This document shows positions 45,954 to 56,706 of a stretch of DNA of 64,000 bases, one piece after another. This stretch comes from an uncultured candidatus Porisulfidus sp. (lineage in GTDB: Bacteria; Pseudomonadota; Gammaproteobacteria; Poriferisulfidales; Poriferisulfidaceae): the NCBI GenBank assembly GCA_965221375.1, contig OZ244883.1:64071-128070 (forward strand). Direction: 5' to 3'. The notes beneath the pieces are model-generated. The model made no database searches and had not been told where the DNA came from. It worked only from the letters and a program-made list of their open reading frames with translations. Within the stretch, counting starts at the first letter, position 1. Each line of letters opens with the position of its first letter. A program made the translations under genes and the position numbers.

Positions 45954-48677
45954 ATGACGGGCGCCGCCGCCAAACCTCGGGCGCCCGTCGTCTCTTCTTC
46001 CGTTAAGACGGAAGAACACATTCGTGCCGACACCCTGCGCTATATCGAGCGCACGGTCGGCCTGCTCCACCAGCTGCTGCTCGACGTCATCCGGCGACGC
46101 AGTCCGGAAATCGTACCGGTCCTTGAAGACCGGCAACCTATTTCCCCGGATACTCGTTTGCGCGTTCTGCAGGCGGATGGCATCTGGTTTCAACTGTTCA
46201 ATATTGCCGAACAGAGTGCCGCGATTCGCCGACGGCGCGCTATCGAGAGCGAATTGGGACCGGACAGAGTATCGGGTTCCTTTTCCTCCATGCTGGCACG
46301 CGCCCGCGAGACCGGCGTGAGCGCCAAAAACTTGCGCAAGCGACTGCAGACCACGCAGATCATTCCGGTACTCACCGCGCATCCGACTGAAGCAAAGCGC
46401 GTCACGGTTTTGGAAATTCATCGACGCATTTACGTGCGCTTGAAAGAACTGGAAGAAGCCCGCTATACCGACCGCGAGCACCAGCGCGTCATCAAATACA
46501 TCCGCGATGAAATCGATCTGCTCTGGATGACCGGCGAAATTCGTATGACCAAGCCCACCGTCGAGGAAGAAGTGGTCTGGATCCTGCATTTCTTCGATGA
46601 GTCTCTGTTCCACAGTGTGCGCGACTTGTTTTGGCAATTGTCGCAGGCCTTGAAGGAAAACTATCCGGACGATACGTTCGATCTGCCGCCGCTTCTGCAC
46701 TTTGGCTGTTGGGTCGGCGGCGACCGCGACGGCAATCCGCACGTCACCCCGCGCATAACCCGAAACGCACTCGCCAATTACCGTCGTCAGGCGCTCAAGC
46801 ATATGCAGCTCCGCCTGTCTCAAACTCGCAGCCGGTTGTCAATCGCTGCCCACGCCATTACGGTTTCAAAAGCATTCGAAGCGCGCCTGGAGGAAATGCT
46901 TGTGAAAAGCGCCGACCCGGACCGCGTGCGTAACCGAAACCCTCAAGAAGTTTTTCGCCAGTACTTGAACCTGGTCTTAAGCCGGGTGAAAGCAACCCAA
47001 GCGAACAGCGAAAACGGCTACACCCGCTCTTCGGAACTGGTGGAAGACCTGCTGGCCCTGGAAGAAGGCTTGCGTGAATCGGACTGCGAAGAAATCGCGG
47101 ATGACCTGGTACGGCCCTTGCGCCTGGAAGCGCAAATTTTCGGGTTCCACGTTGTGCAGTTGGACATCCGCGAGAACACCACCGTCATCAACGACACACT
47201 GGGCGAAATCTACCAGCAGATGGAGGATGACGCACCGCCCGCCTTTTCGTCCAAAAAATGGGAGAAATGGTTGCGTCACCGGTTGTCGGAGCCTTTGGAC
47301 ACGCTGCCGAGTTTTGAGTTTTCCAATGCCACCGCACGCCGCACATTTAATCTGTTCCGATTGTTGGGCCAGGTTGCAGACAAACAGGGCATGGAGGCGC
47401 TGGGTGTGTTTGTTTTGAGCATGACGCACACGGTCGCCGATATGCTGGGAGTGTATTTGCTCGCCAAGTACGGCGGTTTGTTTTCGGACCGCCACCACTG
47501 CGAGACTTGTCGCCTGCCTATCGTTCCCTTGTTGGAGACGATTGAAGATTTGCGCCAGGGTCCAATACTGCTACAGAAATTACTGACCGTACCCATCGTG
47601 CGTCGCAGTGTACGGGCCGGAAACGGTACTCAGGAAATCATGGTGGGCTATTCGGACTCCAACAAGGACGGAGGCTTTCTGTGCTCCAACCATGAGGTGT
47701 CTCTTTCGCAAACCCGCATGAAGCGCGTCGGTGAAAAGCACAACATTAACATCTCCTTTTTCCATGGCCGCGGAGGATCTTCCTCGCGCGGGGGCATGCC
47801 GGCGGGCCGCGCCATCGCCGCACAGCCGCCGGGCACTGTCGGCCAGCGTATGCGCTTGACCGAGCAGGGCGAAGTGGTGTCCGGGAAATACGCCAACCGC
47901 GGCTTCGCTGAGATGCAACTGGAAATTTTGGCATCGAGTGTTCTCGATCATTCCTTGCCTAGCAAAACGGCAACCCATCCGGGATTTGCCGAAGCAATGG
48001 AAGCCCTGTCGCAGCTTTCCTACACGGCCTACCGCAAGTTGGCGGACCATCCCGATCTGGTGACGTTTTACAACAACGCTTCACCGGTCGAAGAGCTGGC
48101 GATGCTGAAAATTGGATCTCGCCCGGCCCGTCGATTTGGGGCACAAACCCTGGATGACCTTCGCGCGATTCCCTGGGTCTTCGCGTGGACCCAAAACCGC
48201 ATGATGATTCCGGGCTGGTACGGGGTCGGCGATGCTATCGCCGAGTTCACCCGCGTTCGCGGCAAGGATGGATGGAAGTTGCTGCGGCAGATGTTCAAGG
48301 AACATCCTTTGTTCCGATTAATGATGGATGAAGTCGAAAAAACTTTGTATCAAGTGCAGCTGGATATCGCGCGCGAGTATATGAGTTTAACTCCCGACCT
48401 TAAGGCGAGCACAGAAATTTTCGACATGGTCGAGCAGGAATACGAACGCACCTGCGAGATGGTGCTGCGCGTCTCCGGTGGCAAGGAATTGTGTGATCGT
48501 TTTGTGATGTTTCGGGACCGGCTGTCGCGACGCTTGCCGATTATCGACCGTGTCAGCCGCGAGCAGGTCGAGCTGATTCGCCTGTGCCGCGGGAATCAGC
48601 GCCCCAGCACGCCGGACCTGGTGCCGTTGCTTCTTTCGATTAACTGTGTGGCGGCCGGGTTGGGTTGGACCGGTTAA
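45954..48677 (+). CDS. ppc: phosphoenolpyruvate carboxylase
   Basis: 907 aa with VLTAHPTE, GYSDSNKDGG and a C-terminal ...GWTG end. Confidence 0.85.
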   Translation: MTGAAAKPRAPVVSSSVKTEEHIRADTLRYIERTVGLLHQLLLDVIRRRSPEIVPVLEDRQPISPDTRLRVLQADGIWFQLFNIAEQSAAIRRRRAIESELGPDRVSGSFSSMLARARETGVSAKNLRKRLQTTQIIPVLTAHPTEAKRVTVLEIHRRIYVRLKELEEARYTDREHQRVIKYIRDEIDLLWMTGEIRMTKPTVEEEVVWILHFFDESLFHSVRDLFWQLSQALKENYPDDTFDLPPLLHFGCWVGGDRDGNPHVTPRITRNALANYRRQALKHMQLRLSQTRSRLSIAAHAITVSKAFEARLEEMLVKSADPDRVRNRNPQEVFRQYLNLVLSRVKATQANSENGYTRSSELVEDLLALEEGLRESDCEEIADDLVRPLRLEAQIFGFHVVQLDIRENTTVINDTLGEIYQQMEDDAPPAFSSKKWEKWLRHRLSEPLDTLPSFEFSNATARRTFNLFRLLGQVADKQGMEALGVFVLSMTHTVADMLGVYLLAKYGGLFSDRHHCETCRLPIVPLLETIEDLRQGPILLQKLLTVPIVRRSVRAGNGTQEIMVGYSDSNKDGGFLCSNHEVSLSQTRMKRVGEKHNINISFFHGRGGSSSRGGMPAGRAIAAQPPGTVGQRMRLTEQGEVVSGKYANRGFAEMQLEILASSVLDHSLPSKTATHPGFAEAMEALSQLSYTAYRKLADHPDLVTFYNNASPVEELAMLKIGSRPARRFGAQTLDDLRAIPWVFAWTQNRMMIPGWYGVGDAIAEFTRVRGKDGWKLLRQMFKEHPLFRLMMDEVEKTLYQVQLDIAREYMSLTPDLKASTEIFDMVEQEYERTCEMVLRVSGGKELCDRFVMFRDRLSRRLPIIDRVSREQVELIRLCRGNQRPSTPDLVPLLLSINCVAAGLGWTG

Positions 48678-48757
48678 GTCTTTAATACGTGACTAGTGCA
48701 TTTTGTAGAGTCTCTACAAAACCGTACGCAATCCCTTGAATGCTGGAAATTCTCAGA

Positions 48758-48964
48758 CTAGTTGAGCAGCAGGAAGCAAAGCAGGCCAACGATAAAGAAC
48801 AATAGCGCTGCGATAATCCATAGCAAACCGCAGATTTCAGTTGAACCCGGAGGAGTCGTAGGCGAACTTGGGGGATGATGTTTTATCATCCTCAGCCCGA
48901 CCACATAACTCATCCCGCCAAAAACGATGGCAATGATTCCAAAAATCGCTAATAAATAATCCAT
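48758..48964 (-). CDS. small two-TM membrane protein
   Basis: 68 aa with two hydrophobic helices around a Pro/Ser/Thr linker. Confidence 0.3.
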   Translation of the reverse strand: MDYLLAIFGIIAIVFGGMSYVVGLRMIKHHPPSSPTTPPGSTEICGLLWIIAALLFFIVGLLCFLLLN

Positions 48965-48981
48965 AAGTCAAAAAGAAGTTG

Positions 48982-49758
48982 TCATGATCGTTCTTGCAGG
49001 ATACCACGCTCACTGGCATCAACAAATTCCCGCATGTGCGCGACTTCCGGGTACTGTTCTGCCAATGTTTCAAGTTCTTCAGCATCTGCGATATCTTTAC
49101 GCCGAATCAGTGACCGATAGGCACGCCCCAATGCTTCGATAGTTTCTGCCGTGAAGCCGGCGCGGCGCAAACCTTCCCGATTCAATCCATACGGACGCGC
49201 CAGATTCCCCGCCGCCATCACAAAGGGCGGCAAATCCTTGTTCAGTGCCGAACCCATGCCGCTGAATGCGTATTGCCCGATGCGGCAGAACTGATGCACC
49301 AGTGTGAAGCCTCCAAGCACTGCGTGATCTCCGACCTGCACGTGCCCGGCCAAGGTCGCGCCGTTGGAGAAAATGGTGTGATCGCCAATGGTGCAGTCAT
49401 GGGCGATATGCACATACGCCATGATCCAATTGTGGTTGCCGATTTTGGTGCAGTTCTGATCCAAGGCCGTCCCACTGTTCAAAGTGGTGAATTCCCGAAT
49501 CGTGTTGTAGTCGCCGATTAATAGTTCGCTTTCTTCTCCTGCATATTTCTTGTCTTGAGGAATCTCCCCTACCGACGCAAATTGAAAGATACGGTTGCCG
49601 CGCCCCAAAGTGGTGTGACCGGTGACCACGGCATGCGCGCCGACGGATGTTTCCGCACCGATGCGCACGTGCGGTCCGATGACCACGTACGGGCCGATTT
49701 CAGCCGCCGGGTCGATTTCGGCCCCGGCCTCCACGACAGCGGTCGCATGAATACCCAA
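48982..49758 (-). CDS. lpxA: UDP-N-acetylglucosamine O-acyltransferase
   Basis: Left-handed beta-helix hexapeptide repeats; lies in lpxD-fabZ-lpxA order. Confidence 0.9.
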   Translation of the reverse strand: MGIHATAVVEAGAEIDPAAEIGPYVVIGPHVRIGAETSVGAHAVVTGHTTLGRGNRIFQFASVGEIPQDKKYAGEESELLIGDYNTIREFTTLNSGTALDQNCTKIGNHNWIMAYVHIAHDCTIGDHTIFSNGATLAGHVQVGDHAVLGGFTLVHQFCRIGQYAFSGMGSALNKDLPPFVMAAGNLARPYGLNREGLRRAGFTAETIEALGRAYRSLIRRKDIADAEELETLAEQYPEVAHMREFVDASERGILQERS

Positions 49759-49767
49759 GACAGCGTC

Positions 49768-50238
49768 TCAAAGCTTTGTGCCGGGCGGCAATTCCTTGAA
49801 CATGCACATGATCTCGGCGGAAGCCACCACCTTACCATCGACACTGGCGCTGGCATCAAAAGCGGCGCACTTTTGACGCATGCGCAACAACTTCACTTCC
49901 AGCAGCATTTGATCGCCCGGAACGACCTGCTGTTTGAAACGCGCCTTGTCGATTCCCACAAGCATGTACACATTGGCCTTGTCTTTGGGCGGACAGTATT
50001 CCGGAGTCTTGAAGACCAGCAGGCCCGAAGTTTGCGCCAGCACTTCCATAATCAAGGCGCCAGGAAAAATCGGCAACCCCGGAAAGTGCCCCAAAAAACA
50101 AGGCTCGTTCACGCTGACGTTCTTGACGGCCCGAATCCATTTCCCGGGCTCCAACTCCAACACCCGATCCACCAGCAGGAACGGATAGCGGTGGGGCAGT
50201 AGTTTTTGAATTTCCAGAGTGTCAAAGCCTTCCATCAT
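49768..50238 (-). CDS. fabZ: 3-hydroxyacyl-ACP dehydratase
   Basis: [14 protein letters not shown]...CFLGHFPG, the hotdog fold. Confidence 0.9.
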   Translation of the reverse strand: MMEGFDTLEIQKLLPHRYPFLLVDRVLELEPGKWIRAVKNVSVNEPCFLGHFPGLPIFPGALIMEVLAQTSGLLVFKTPEYCPPKDKANVYMLVGIDKARFKQQVVPGDQMLLEVKLLRMRQKCAAFDASASVDGKVVASAEIMCMFKELPPGTKL

Positions 50239-50244
50239 AGAACC

Positions 50245-51264
50245 TCATTTTTCTTTTAGTGCCCGTACGATCTGATCCAAATCTTTCAAGCGTGCCACGT
50301 TGCGTAACCAGGTCGTATTGTCTTGAATCGCAGTTCCCGAACTATAGACGCCGGGCTGCTTCAAAGTCTGGCTTGCCTTGGACATCCCCGTGATAACCAC
50401 CCCATCGGCAAGTTCCACATGCCCCTGCACTCCGGCCGCACCGCCGATCTGGCAATAGCGCCCGATGACTGCGCTGCCGGCGATGCCTGCGTTTCCGGCA
50501 ATGGCGGTGTGATCGCCAATTTGCACATTATGGGCAATCTGCACCAGATTATCAATTTTTACCCCGCAGCCGATTACCGTATCGTCCAGCATGCCCCGAT
50601 CAATCGCCACGTTGGAACCAATCTCACAGTCATCGCCAATACGCACCGTCCCGCGATGCCGTAACTTCACCCAGCGCCGATCTTCCTGGGCATAACCGAA
50701 GCCGTCGGAACCGATTACGGCACCCGGCCAGACTTCCACGCGGTCTCCCAGCTGCACTCGATCCATCAAAGTGGTGCGCGCATGTAGACGACAGCCTTCC
50801 CCGACTTGAACGTCGGTGCCCAACACACTGTACGGACCCAGTACGCTGTTGGCTCCCACTTGCGCATTCGCACCAATGATGCAGCCCATCCCCACTTGTA
50901 CCGGCTCCGTGAGTTGTGCGGTGGGGTCGATACGAGCCGACGGATCAATTTCATGGGTGATGGGTTCAATCGGATACAGCGCCTGCATCGCTTTCGCCAT
51001 GCTCAAATAAGGATCTCGGCACACCAGCATGGGCACCGAGCAATGTTTCTGGTCCTGTTCGCGCAGCAATACCGCGCTGGCTTGCGTCTGCTGCAGGTCC
51101 TCGACATGCCGTACATGGCTGTAGAAACACAGCGCACCCGGTCCAGCCGAGCGCAGCGATGCGACGTGATCAATAGAAGAATTGGAAAGCGGGGGCGGAT
51201 CGATTAGCCGTGCATCGGCTATGTCCGCGATCTGACCTAGAGTCAGCGGCACGGTCGTGCCCAA
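50245..51264 (-). CDS. lpxD: UDP-3-O-(3-hydroxyacyl)glucosamine N-acyltransferase
   Basis: 339 aa hexapeptide-repeat protein. Confidence 0.9.
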   Translation of the reverse strand: MGTTVPLTLGQIADIADARLIDPPPLSNSSIDHVASLRSAGPGALCFYSHVRHVEDLQQTQASAVLLREQDQKHCSVPMLVCRDPYLSMAKAMQALYPIEPITHEIDPSARIDPTAQLTEPVQVGMGCIIGANAQVGANSVLGPYSVLGTDVQVGEGCRLHARTTLMDRVQLGDRVEVWPGAVIGSDGFGYAQEDRRWVKLRHRGTVRIGDDCEIGSNVAIDRGMLDDTVIGCGVKIDNLVQIAHNVQIGDHTAIAGNAGIAGSAVIGRYCQIGGAAGVQGHVELADGVVITGMSKASQTLKQPGVYSSGTAIQDNTTWLRNVARLKDLDQIVRALKEK

Positions 51265-51267
51265 CGC

Positions 51268-51807
51268 TTATGGATTGCTCATCTTTTTGAGCGCGCGATC
51301 GGTAATGTCGATGCGTTTGCTGGCAAACAGCGTGACGGCTTGAGTCAGAACCAGGTCGAAGCCGTCTGCCTTGGCAATCTCGAGTACGGTTTCCTTGACC
51401 TGTTGCTGCAGTTTGCTGAGCTCCTCATTGCGGCGGATGGACAAGTCCTCCCGGACTTCATCGCGCTCACGCTCAAAATCACGGCGGCGACGCTGAATTT
51501 CCCGCTCCAGTTCCGTGCGCCGTTCTTCCGACATCACGTCGCTTTCCTTTGCCAACTGTTGCTCCAGCTCAGTGAACTCCTCGTGCAACTTCTCCAACTG
51601 TTCGTTGCGCGGCGCAAATTCATTTTGCAGTTTTTGCCGGGCCGCGACCGCTTGCGGAGAGTCCTCCATCAGACGCCCCACGTCCACAAAGCCGATCTTG
51701 ATGTTTTGCCCCCACGCCAACTGGCTTACCGCCAGCAGCGCAATCCCCAAAGCGCGAGCCGTAAAAGTAACAGAGTGATTCATAGTAGAGCCAAGTTTGA
51801 AGGGCAT
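51268..51807 (-). CDS. skp: periplasmic chaperone Skp (OmpH)
   Basis: Signal peptide plus a coiled-coil Glu/Lys/Arg-rich body; sits between bamA and lpxD. Confidence 0.75.
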   Translation of the reverse strand: MPFKLGSTMNHSVTFTARALGIALLAVSQLAWGQNIKIGFVDVGRLMEDSPQAVAARQKLQNEFAPRNEQLEKLHEEFTELEQQLAKESDVMSEERRTELEREIQRRRRDFERERDEVREDLSIRRNEELSKLQQQVKETVLEIAKADGFDLVLTQAVTLFASKRIDITDRALKKMSNP

Positions 51808-51821
51808 TGTACAAGTTTTCT

Positions 51822-54188
51822 TTATAAAGACCCAAGATTGAACTGGAAAGACTCCGTTCGATCGGTCTCCTGATCATTAATCGGCATCGAAATACTCATG
51901 GAAACCCCTCCCAGCGGAGACAGCCAGGACACTCCGAGTCCCAGCGAGCCGCGCAAATCTTCCGCGTCAAAGTCACTGGCGTCTTCAAACACATAACCGG
52001 CATCCAAAAATGCCGAACCGCGCAATTGCGCTTCATCGATATATGGAATCGGGAATGAGAACTCCAGCGAATAAGCGACTTTCAAATTGCCGCCGAACGG
52101 ATCATCGTACTCGTCACGCGGGCCCAGTGTGTTGACTTCGTAACCTCGCACCGAGCGCGGACCGCCCACCACGAACTTTTGCGAAAACGGCAGGTCCGTC
52201 GTATCTCCATACCCGTCCCCGTAGGCGACCTCGCCTTTGACGATAAACGACAGGTCGCTACTCAGCGCCACATACTCTTCCTGTCGATACGACAACACGT
52301 AATATTCGAGATCACTGCCGGGCAAGGACCCGAACGCAGTGACCTGGCGCAGTGAGCCGTCTCGAGTGAACAGACTGCGGTCACGGGTATCGTACGAAAA
52401 TGACGCCGACAGCGTCAGATTCGTGTAGGTGGCTTCGCAGAATGTCGGCGCCCCTTTGCGATTGTCCGAGACGCGCACTGTCTCCGGGTCTGCGATGCAG
52501 TCGCCGTCGTTGGCGGCGAGAAAGTCCAGCACAGCTCCCGAAGAATTTTGGTTGGCGTCGAAGTTGATGCGCTGAATACGACCGGTCAAAGAGAACACGC
52601 TGTCGTCCGCAATCGGAATGCCGTAACCCAAATACGACAGGAAGTCGCGCGATTCGTACTGCGTGCGGTTGTCGTTTTCTTCCGTGTCAATCTTGCGGGT
52701 GCTGAATCCGAAACTGCGGCTGATGCCGTTGATGGTGTAGTACGGGTTGTGAAAATCAAAAGAGTAACGGGTGGACGTCTCACTGTTGTTGAAATGCAGA
52801 CCGACCCGGTTGCCGGAACCTAAAAAGTTCTCCTGCTCGACACCGGCCGCCAGTGATAGGCCGCTACCACTGCTGAACCCTGCACCGGCGGTGAAGTTGC
52901 CGGCCAGTCGTTCGGTTACCGAAATCACGATGTCCACCTGGTCGGTGGTGCCCGGTACGCGCTTTTGTTCAATCTCCACCGTCTCGATGTATTGCAGACG
53001 CTGCAGACGTCGGCGCGAGCGTTCCAATTGCGGGGTCGACAACCAACTTCCTTCCATCTGCCGCAGTTCGCGGCGCAACACCTCATCCAAAGTGGTGCGG
53101 TTGCCGACGATATCGATGCGCCGCACATAGACCCGCTGGCCCGGATCAATAAAGAAGTTAATCGCCACTTCGGCGTTTTCCTCATCCATGTCCGTCACCG
53201 GGTTGACGCTGGCGAAGGAATACCCTTCCTCTCCCAGGCGAGCGACGATGCGATCCCGAGACATCTGCGCACGACCGCTGGAGTAGTACTCTCCGGCACG
53301 AATCGTCAGCAAGGAGGTCAGTTCCTCCTGAGGCACGATGAAGACCCCGGACATTGCAACTTCGCGTACCAGAAAACGCGGACCCTCGTGGATGTGCACG
53401 GTGATGTAAATGCCCGAGCGGTCCGGACTCAGGGCGATTTGCGCAGAGTCGACTTTGAATTTCAAAAACCCGCGATTCAGATAAAACGTCTGCAATCGTT
53501 CCATGTCACCGGACAATTCCAACTTGGAATACTTGCCGGTATTGCCCAGCAGGTCGTACCACTCGGGCGGGCCGGAGGTGAACAACTCCAAAAGACGCTC
53601 CTCGGAATAGGACACATTGCCGATGATGTGCACCTGTTTGATGACAGCCGCCGTGCCTTCCTCGACCAGGATGCGAATCGCCACGCGATTGTCGCCGAGG
53701 TCCTGGACGGTAATCGCCACTTCGGCGTTGTAGCGGCCCTGGGCGTGGTACTGCTGCAGAATCTCCCGCTCCAAGCGATCAATCAACGGCTGGTTGTAAA
53801 TACGCCCGGCCGCGATGCCGGCGTCTTCCAGGACTTTTTCCAGGTCCTCGTCCTTGATAATCGACAACCCTTCGAAATCAATTTCGGTGATGGCCGGACG
53901 CTCCACCAGTTTCACGACCAGCACATTGTCGCGACGTGAGATGGTGACATCGCTGAACAATTGCGTCTTGAACAGAATGCGAACCAACTCGTTGGTCCGG
54001 TCCGGATCGAAATCTTCGCCGATTTCCACCGGCAGGTAGGTGAACACCGTGGCCGGCTCCAGACGCTGCAGGCCTTGCAGTTCGATGTCTTCGACGATGA
54101 ATGCCCATCCTGGTTGGGCGGCCCCCAGCAACAGCAGAGCAGGGAGTATCCAGCGGAGTTTAAATCGGTGCATTTTGATTATTGCCAC
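51822..54188 (-). CDS. bamA: outer membrane protein assembly factor BamA
   Basis: 788 aa with POTRA repeats and a C-terminal beta-barrel ending ...FQFNLGSL. Confidence 0.9.
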   Translation of the reverse strand: MAIIKMHRFKLRWILPALLLLGAAQPGWAFIVEDIELQGLQRLEPATVFTYLPVEIGEDFDPDRTNELVRILFKTQLFSDVTISRRDNVLVVKLVERPAITEIDFEGLSIIKDEDLEKVLEDAGIAAGRIYNQPLIDRLEREILQQYHAQGRYNAEVAITVQDLGDNRVAIRILVEEGTAAVIKQVHIIGNVSYSEERLLELFTSGPPEWYDLLGNTGKYSKLELSGDMERLQTFYLNRGFLKFKVDSAQIALSPDRSGIYITVHIHEGPRFLVREVAMSGVFIVPQEELTSLLTIRAGEYYSSGRAQMSRDRIVARLGEEGYSFASVNPVTDMDEENAEVAINFFIDPGQRVYVRRIDIVGNRTTLDEVLRRELRQMEGSWLSTPQLERSRRRLQRLQYIETVEIEQKRVPGTTDQVDIVISVTERLAGNFTAGAGFSSGSGLSLAAGVEQENFLGSGNRVGLHFNNSETSTRYSFDFHNPYYTINGISRSFGFSTRKIDTEENDNRTQYESRDFLSYLGYGIPIADDSVFSLTGRIQRINFDANQNSSGAVLDFLAANDGDCIADPETVRVSDNRKGAPTFCEATYTNLTLSASFSYDTRDRSLFTRDGSLRQVTAFGSLPGSDLEYYVLSYRQEEYVALSSDLSFIVKGEVAYGDGYGDTTDLPFSQKFVVGGPRSVRGYEVNTLGPRDEYDDPFGGNLKVAYSLEFSFPIPYIDEAQLRGSAFLDAGYVFEDASDFDAEDLRGSLGLGVSWLSPLGGVSMSISMPINDQETDRTESFQFNLGSL

Positions 54189-55543
54189 AATCGCAACAGG
54201 TCATTGTATAAAGCCAAGCCCATTAAAGCCGCCAACATGAGCAGGCCGACCCGTTGCCCAATGGCCTCCACACGGGGAGACAACGGTTTTCCGGTGACCG
54301 CTTCCACCATGCAAAACACGAGTCCGCCGCCATCCAAAATGGGCACTGGCAGCAGATTAAGAACCCCCAGACTGACACTGAGCAACGCCAGCATGGACAA
54401 AAATGCGGCCAATCCCACCAAGGCGGAAGCGCCCGCGAATTCGGCAATTCCGACCGGGCCGCTGATATTGCGCAGGGAGGCCCCGCCGGTGATTAACTCC
54501 CCGATGACCTGAATCGTCAATACCGTCATCTGCCAGGTTTGTTCCAGACCCAAGCCCAAGCTCTGCAGGATCGGATAGCGCGTCTCCACGCGCAAATACT
54601 CCTTCAATTCCGGATCCTCGTACGCGACGATGCCCAAGCGCCCAACTGGTGCGGCATCATTCGACATTTCGACCGTATCCGCCTGCGCCACCTTGACCAT
54701 GCGCTGACCGTCCCGTTCCACCTCCAGCACCATGACCTGTCCCGGCCGGGCGCGGATATACTCGGCGATTCCCTCCCATGTCTCCATCGTCCGGTTATTC
54801 AAGTTCACCACTCGGTCCCCAGCCTGCAGCCCGGCCGCGGCGGCCGGGGAATCCTCCACCACTTGTCCAATGATGGGCTGGGACGTCGCGCGCAGCGGGA
54901 ACAAGCCCAATGTGCCCAACATGTCTTCATTCTCCAGAATCCGCTCGGCCTGAAGGGTCACGACCGCCAGGTCCCCGTTGGTGCGGCGCACTTCCAGCGG
55001 AATCACGCTTTCGTTCATCGCCGCATCCAGCAGCGGCACGACGCCGGCCTGCCAGCTGACAATCGGCTCTCCCGCAATCGACAGCACCTCATCCCCGGAC
55101 TGGAGCCCCGCGACAGCCGCCGGCGTGCCATCCGGCACATAGCCCACCAGGGGGCGACGTCCCACATCGCCGATCATAAAGGTCAGGGAGTAGATCAGAA
55201 ACGCGAGCAGCAGATTTGCCGCAGGGCCTGCGGCAATAATCGCCATTCGCTGAGACACGGGTTTGGTGGAGAACTCGTACGCCATGAGCCTTTCGGAAAT
55301 ATTCGGCGATTCACGCCGATCCACCATCTTGACGTAGCCTCCCAAAGGCCAGGCCGCCAGCACCCATTCGGTGCCGGTGTGCGGAGAGACATAGCGCAAT
55401 AGCGGGCGCCCAAACCCGATTGAAAAACGCAATACGGCCACGCCGCAGCGGCGCGCCACCCAGTAATGGCCATATTCATGGAAGGCCACCAGAATGGAGA
55501 TGGCCAGCAGAAAAGCCAAGATACTGATGACTGCCGTCGTCAT
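54179..55543 (-). CDS. rseP: sigma-E regulatory site-2 protease RseP
   Basis: HEYGHY zinc motif, PDZ domains and a C-terminal LDGG motif. Confidence 0.85.
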   Translation of the reverse strand: MTTAVISILAFLLAISILVAFHEYGHYWVARRCGVAVLRFSIGFGRPLLRYVSPHTGTEWVLAAWPLGGYVKMVDRRESPNISERLMAYEFSTKPVSQRMAIIAAGPAANLLLAFLIYSLTFMIGDVGRRPLVGYVPDGTPAAVAGLQSGDEVLSIAGEPIVSWQAGVVPLLDAAMNESVIPLEVRRTNGDLAVVTLQAERILENEDMLGTLGLFPLRATSQPIIGQVVEDSPAAAAGLQAGDRVVNLNNRTMETWEGIAEYIRARPGQVMVLEVERDGQRMVKVAQADTVEMSNDAAPVGRLGIVAYEDPELKEYLRVETRYPILQSLGLGLEQTWQMTVLTIQVIGELITGGASLRNISGPVGIAEFAGASALVGLAAFLSMLALLSVSLGVLNLLPVPILDGGGLVFCMVEAVTGKPLSPRVEAIGQRVGLLMLAALMGLALYNDLLRLWQ

Positions 55544-56706
55544 GCCGCCCCCATGGCTTCTTTGGCATGTTCGCGTGCCAGGTGATCCGTATGTTTGATG
55601 TCGTCAATGCTTTGCGCGGAACCGCCCGGCGTCTGTTCCAGTGCGCGCTCCACCACTTGTGCGATTTGCGGAAAACGAATGCGCTCGTTTAAAAACCCAT
55701 CCACCGCCACTTCGTTGGCGGCATTCAGCACAATCGGAGCCTGCCCGCCTGTCTCCAAGGCCTGTCGGGCCAACTCCAGACACGGATAACGCCCGGGTGG
55801 CGGCGGGGCCCAGTTCAGCGGCGCACATGCCGCCAGATCCAGCGCCGAGACGCCCGAGGCCTCCCGCCGCGGCCCGAACATCGCGTAACTGATCGCCACG
55901 CGCATATCTGCCGGACCCAAATGCGCCAAGGTGGAACCGTCGCGCAGAGTCACCATGCCGTGAAGAAGGGATTCCGGATGAATCAGCACTCCGATGTGTT
56001 CCGACGACAGCCCGAACAGCCAATGCGCTTCGATAACTTCCAGGCCCTTGTTCATCATGGTTGCCGAGTCGACCGAGATTTTACGGCCCATTCTCCAGGT
56101 CGGATGGGCACAGGCCTGATCCGGCGTGACCGTCTCCAACTCTTCCAGCGGCGTTTCACGAAATGGTCCTCCCGAAGCCGTCAGCACCACGCTCTCAATT
56201 TCCTCGGGGTGGGTTTCGGCCATACATTGAAACAGTGCATTATGCTCGCTGTCGACCGGCACCAACTCGCACCCATGGGCCTTGACGGTTTCCATAAACA
56301 ACCGCCCGCCGGCAACCAGCGCTTCCTTGTTCGCCAGCAGGACCCGTCGCCCGGTCTGTACCGCCGCCAGAGTCGGCCCCAAACCTGCCATGCCGACAAT
56401 GCCGGCCATGACACAGTCCGCCTGGGTGTCCGCCGCCAGATTGCACAACTCCTCCGCTCCCTGCAACACCTCGACCGGCAGATTTTCCGCCTCGACCGCT
56501 TCGCGCAGGGCTTGCGCGGCCGCCACATCGTTCATTGCCGCATAGCGGGGTTGGTGCTCTCGGCATTGCTCCAGCATTTTTTGATGGTCCACGTTCGCCG
56601 CCAGTGCGTAGACTTCCACCTGCTCTGCATGTCGTGCCGCCAGATCGAGTGTGTTGACGCCAATCGTGCCCGTGGAGCCCAACACGGTTAATTTCATTGC
56701 GGTCAT
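55540..56706 (-). CDS. dxr: 1-deoxy-D-xylulose 5-phosphate reductoisomerase
   Basis: LTVLGSTGTIGVNTLD N-terminal NADPH-binding motif. Confidence 0.9.
   Translation of the reverse strand: MTAMKLTVLGSTGTIGVNTLDLAARHAEQVEVYALAANVDHQKMLEQCREHQPRYAAMNDVAAAQALREAVEAENLPVEVLQGAEELCNLAADTQADCVMAGIVGMAGLGPTLAAVQTGRRVLLANKEALVAGGRLFMETVKAHGCELVPVDSEHNALFQCMAETHPEEIESVVLTASGGPFRETPLEELETVTPDQACAHPTWRMGRKISVDSATMMNKGLEVIEAHWLFGLSSEHIGVLIHPESLLHGMVTLRDGSTLAHLGPADMRVAISYAMFGPRREASGVSALDLAACAPLNWAPPPPGRYPCLELARQALETGGQAPIVLNAANEVAVDGFLNERIRFPQIAQVVERALEQTPGGSAQSIDDIKHTDHLAREHAKEAMGAA

Noticed and set aside
45945-46823. 292-aa - strand ORF
   Set aside because: Antisense to ppc.
52965-53939. 324-aa + strand ORF
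   Set aside because: Antisense to bamA.
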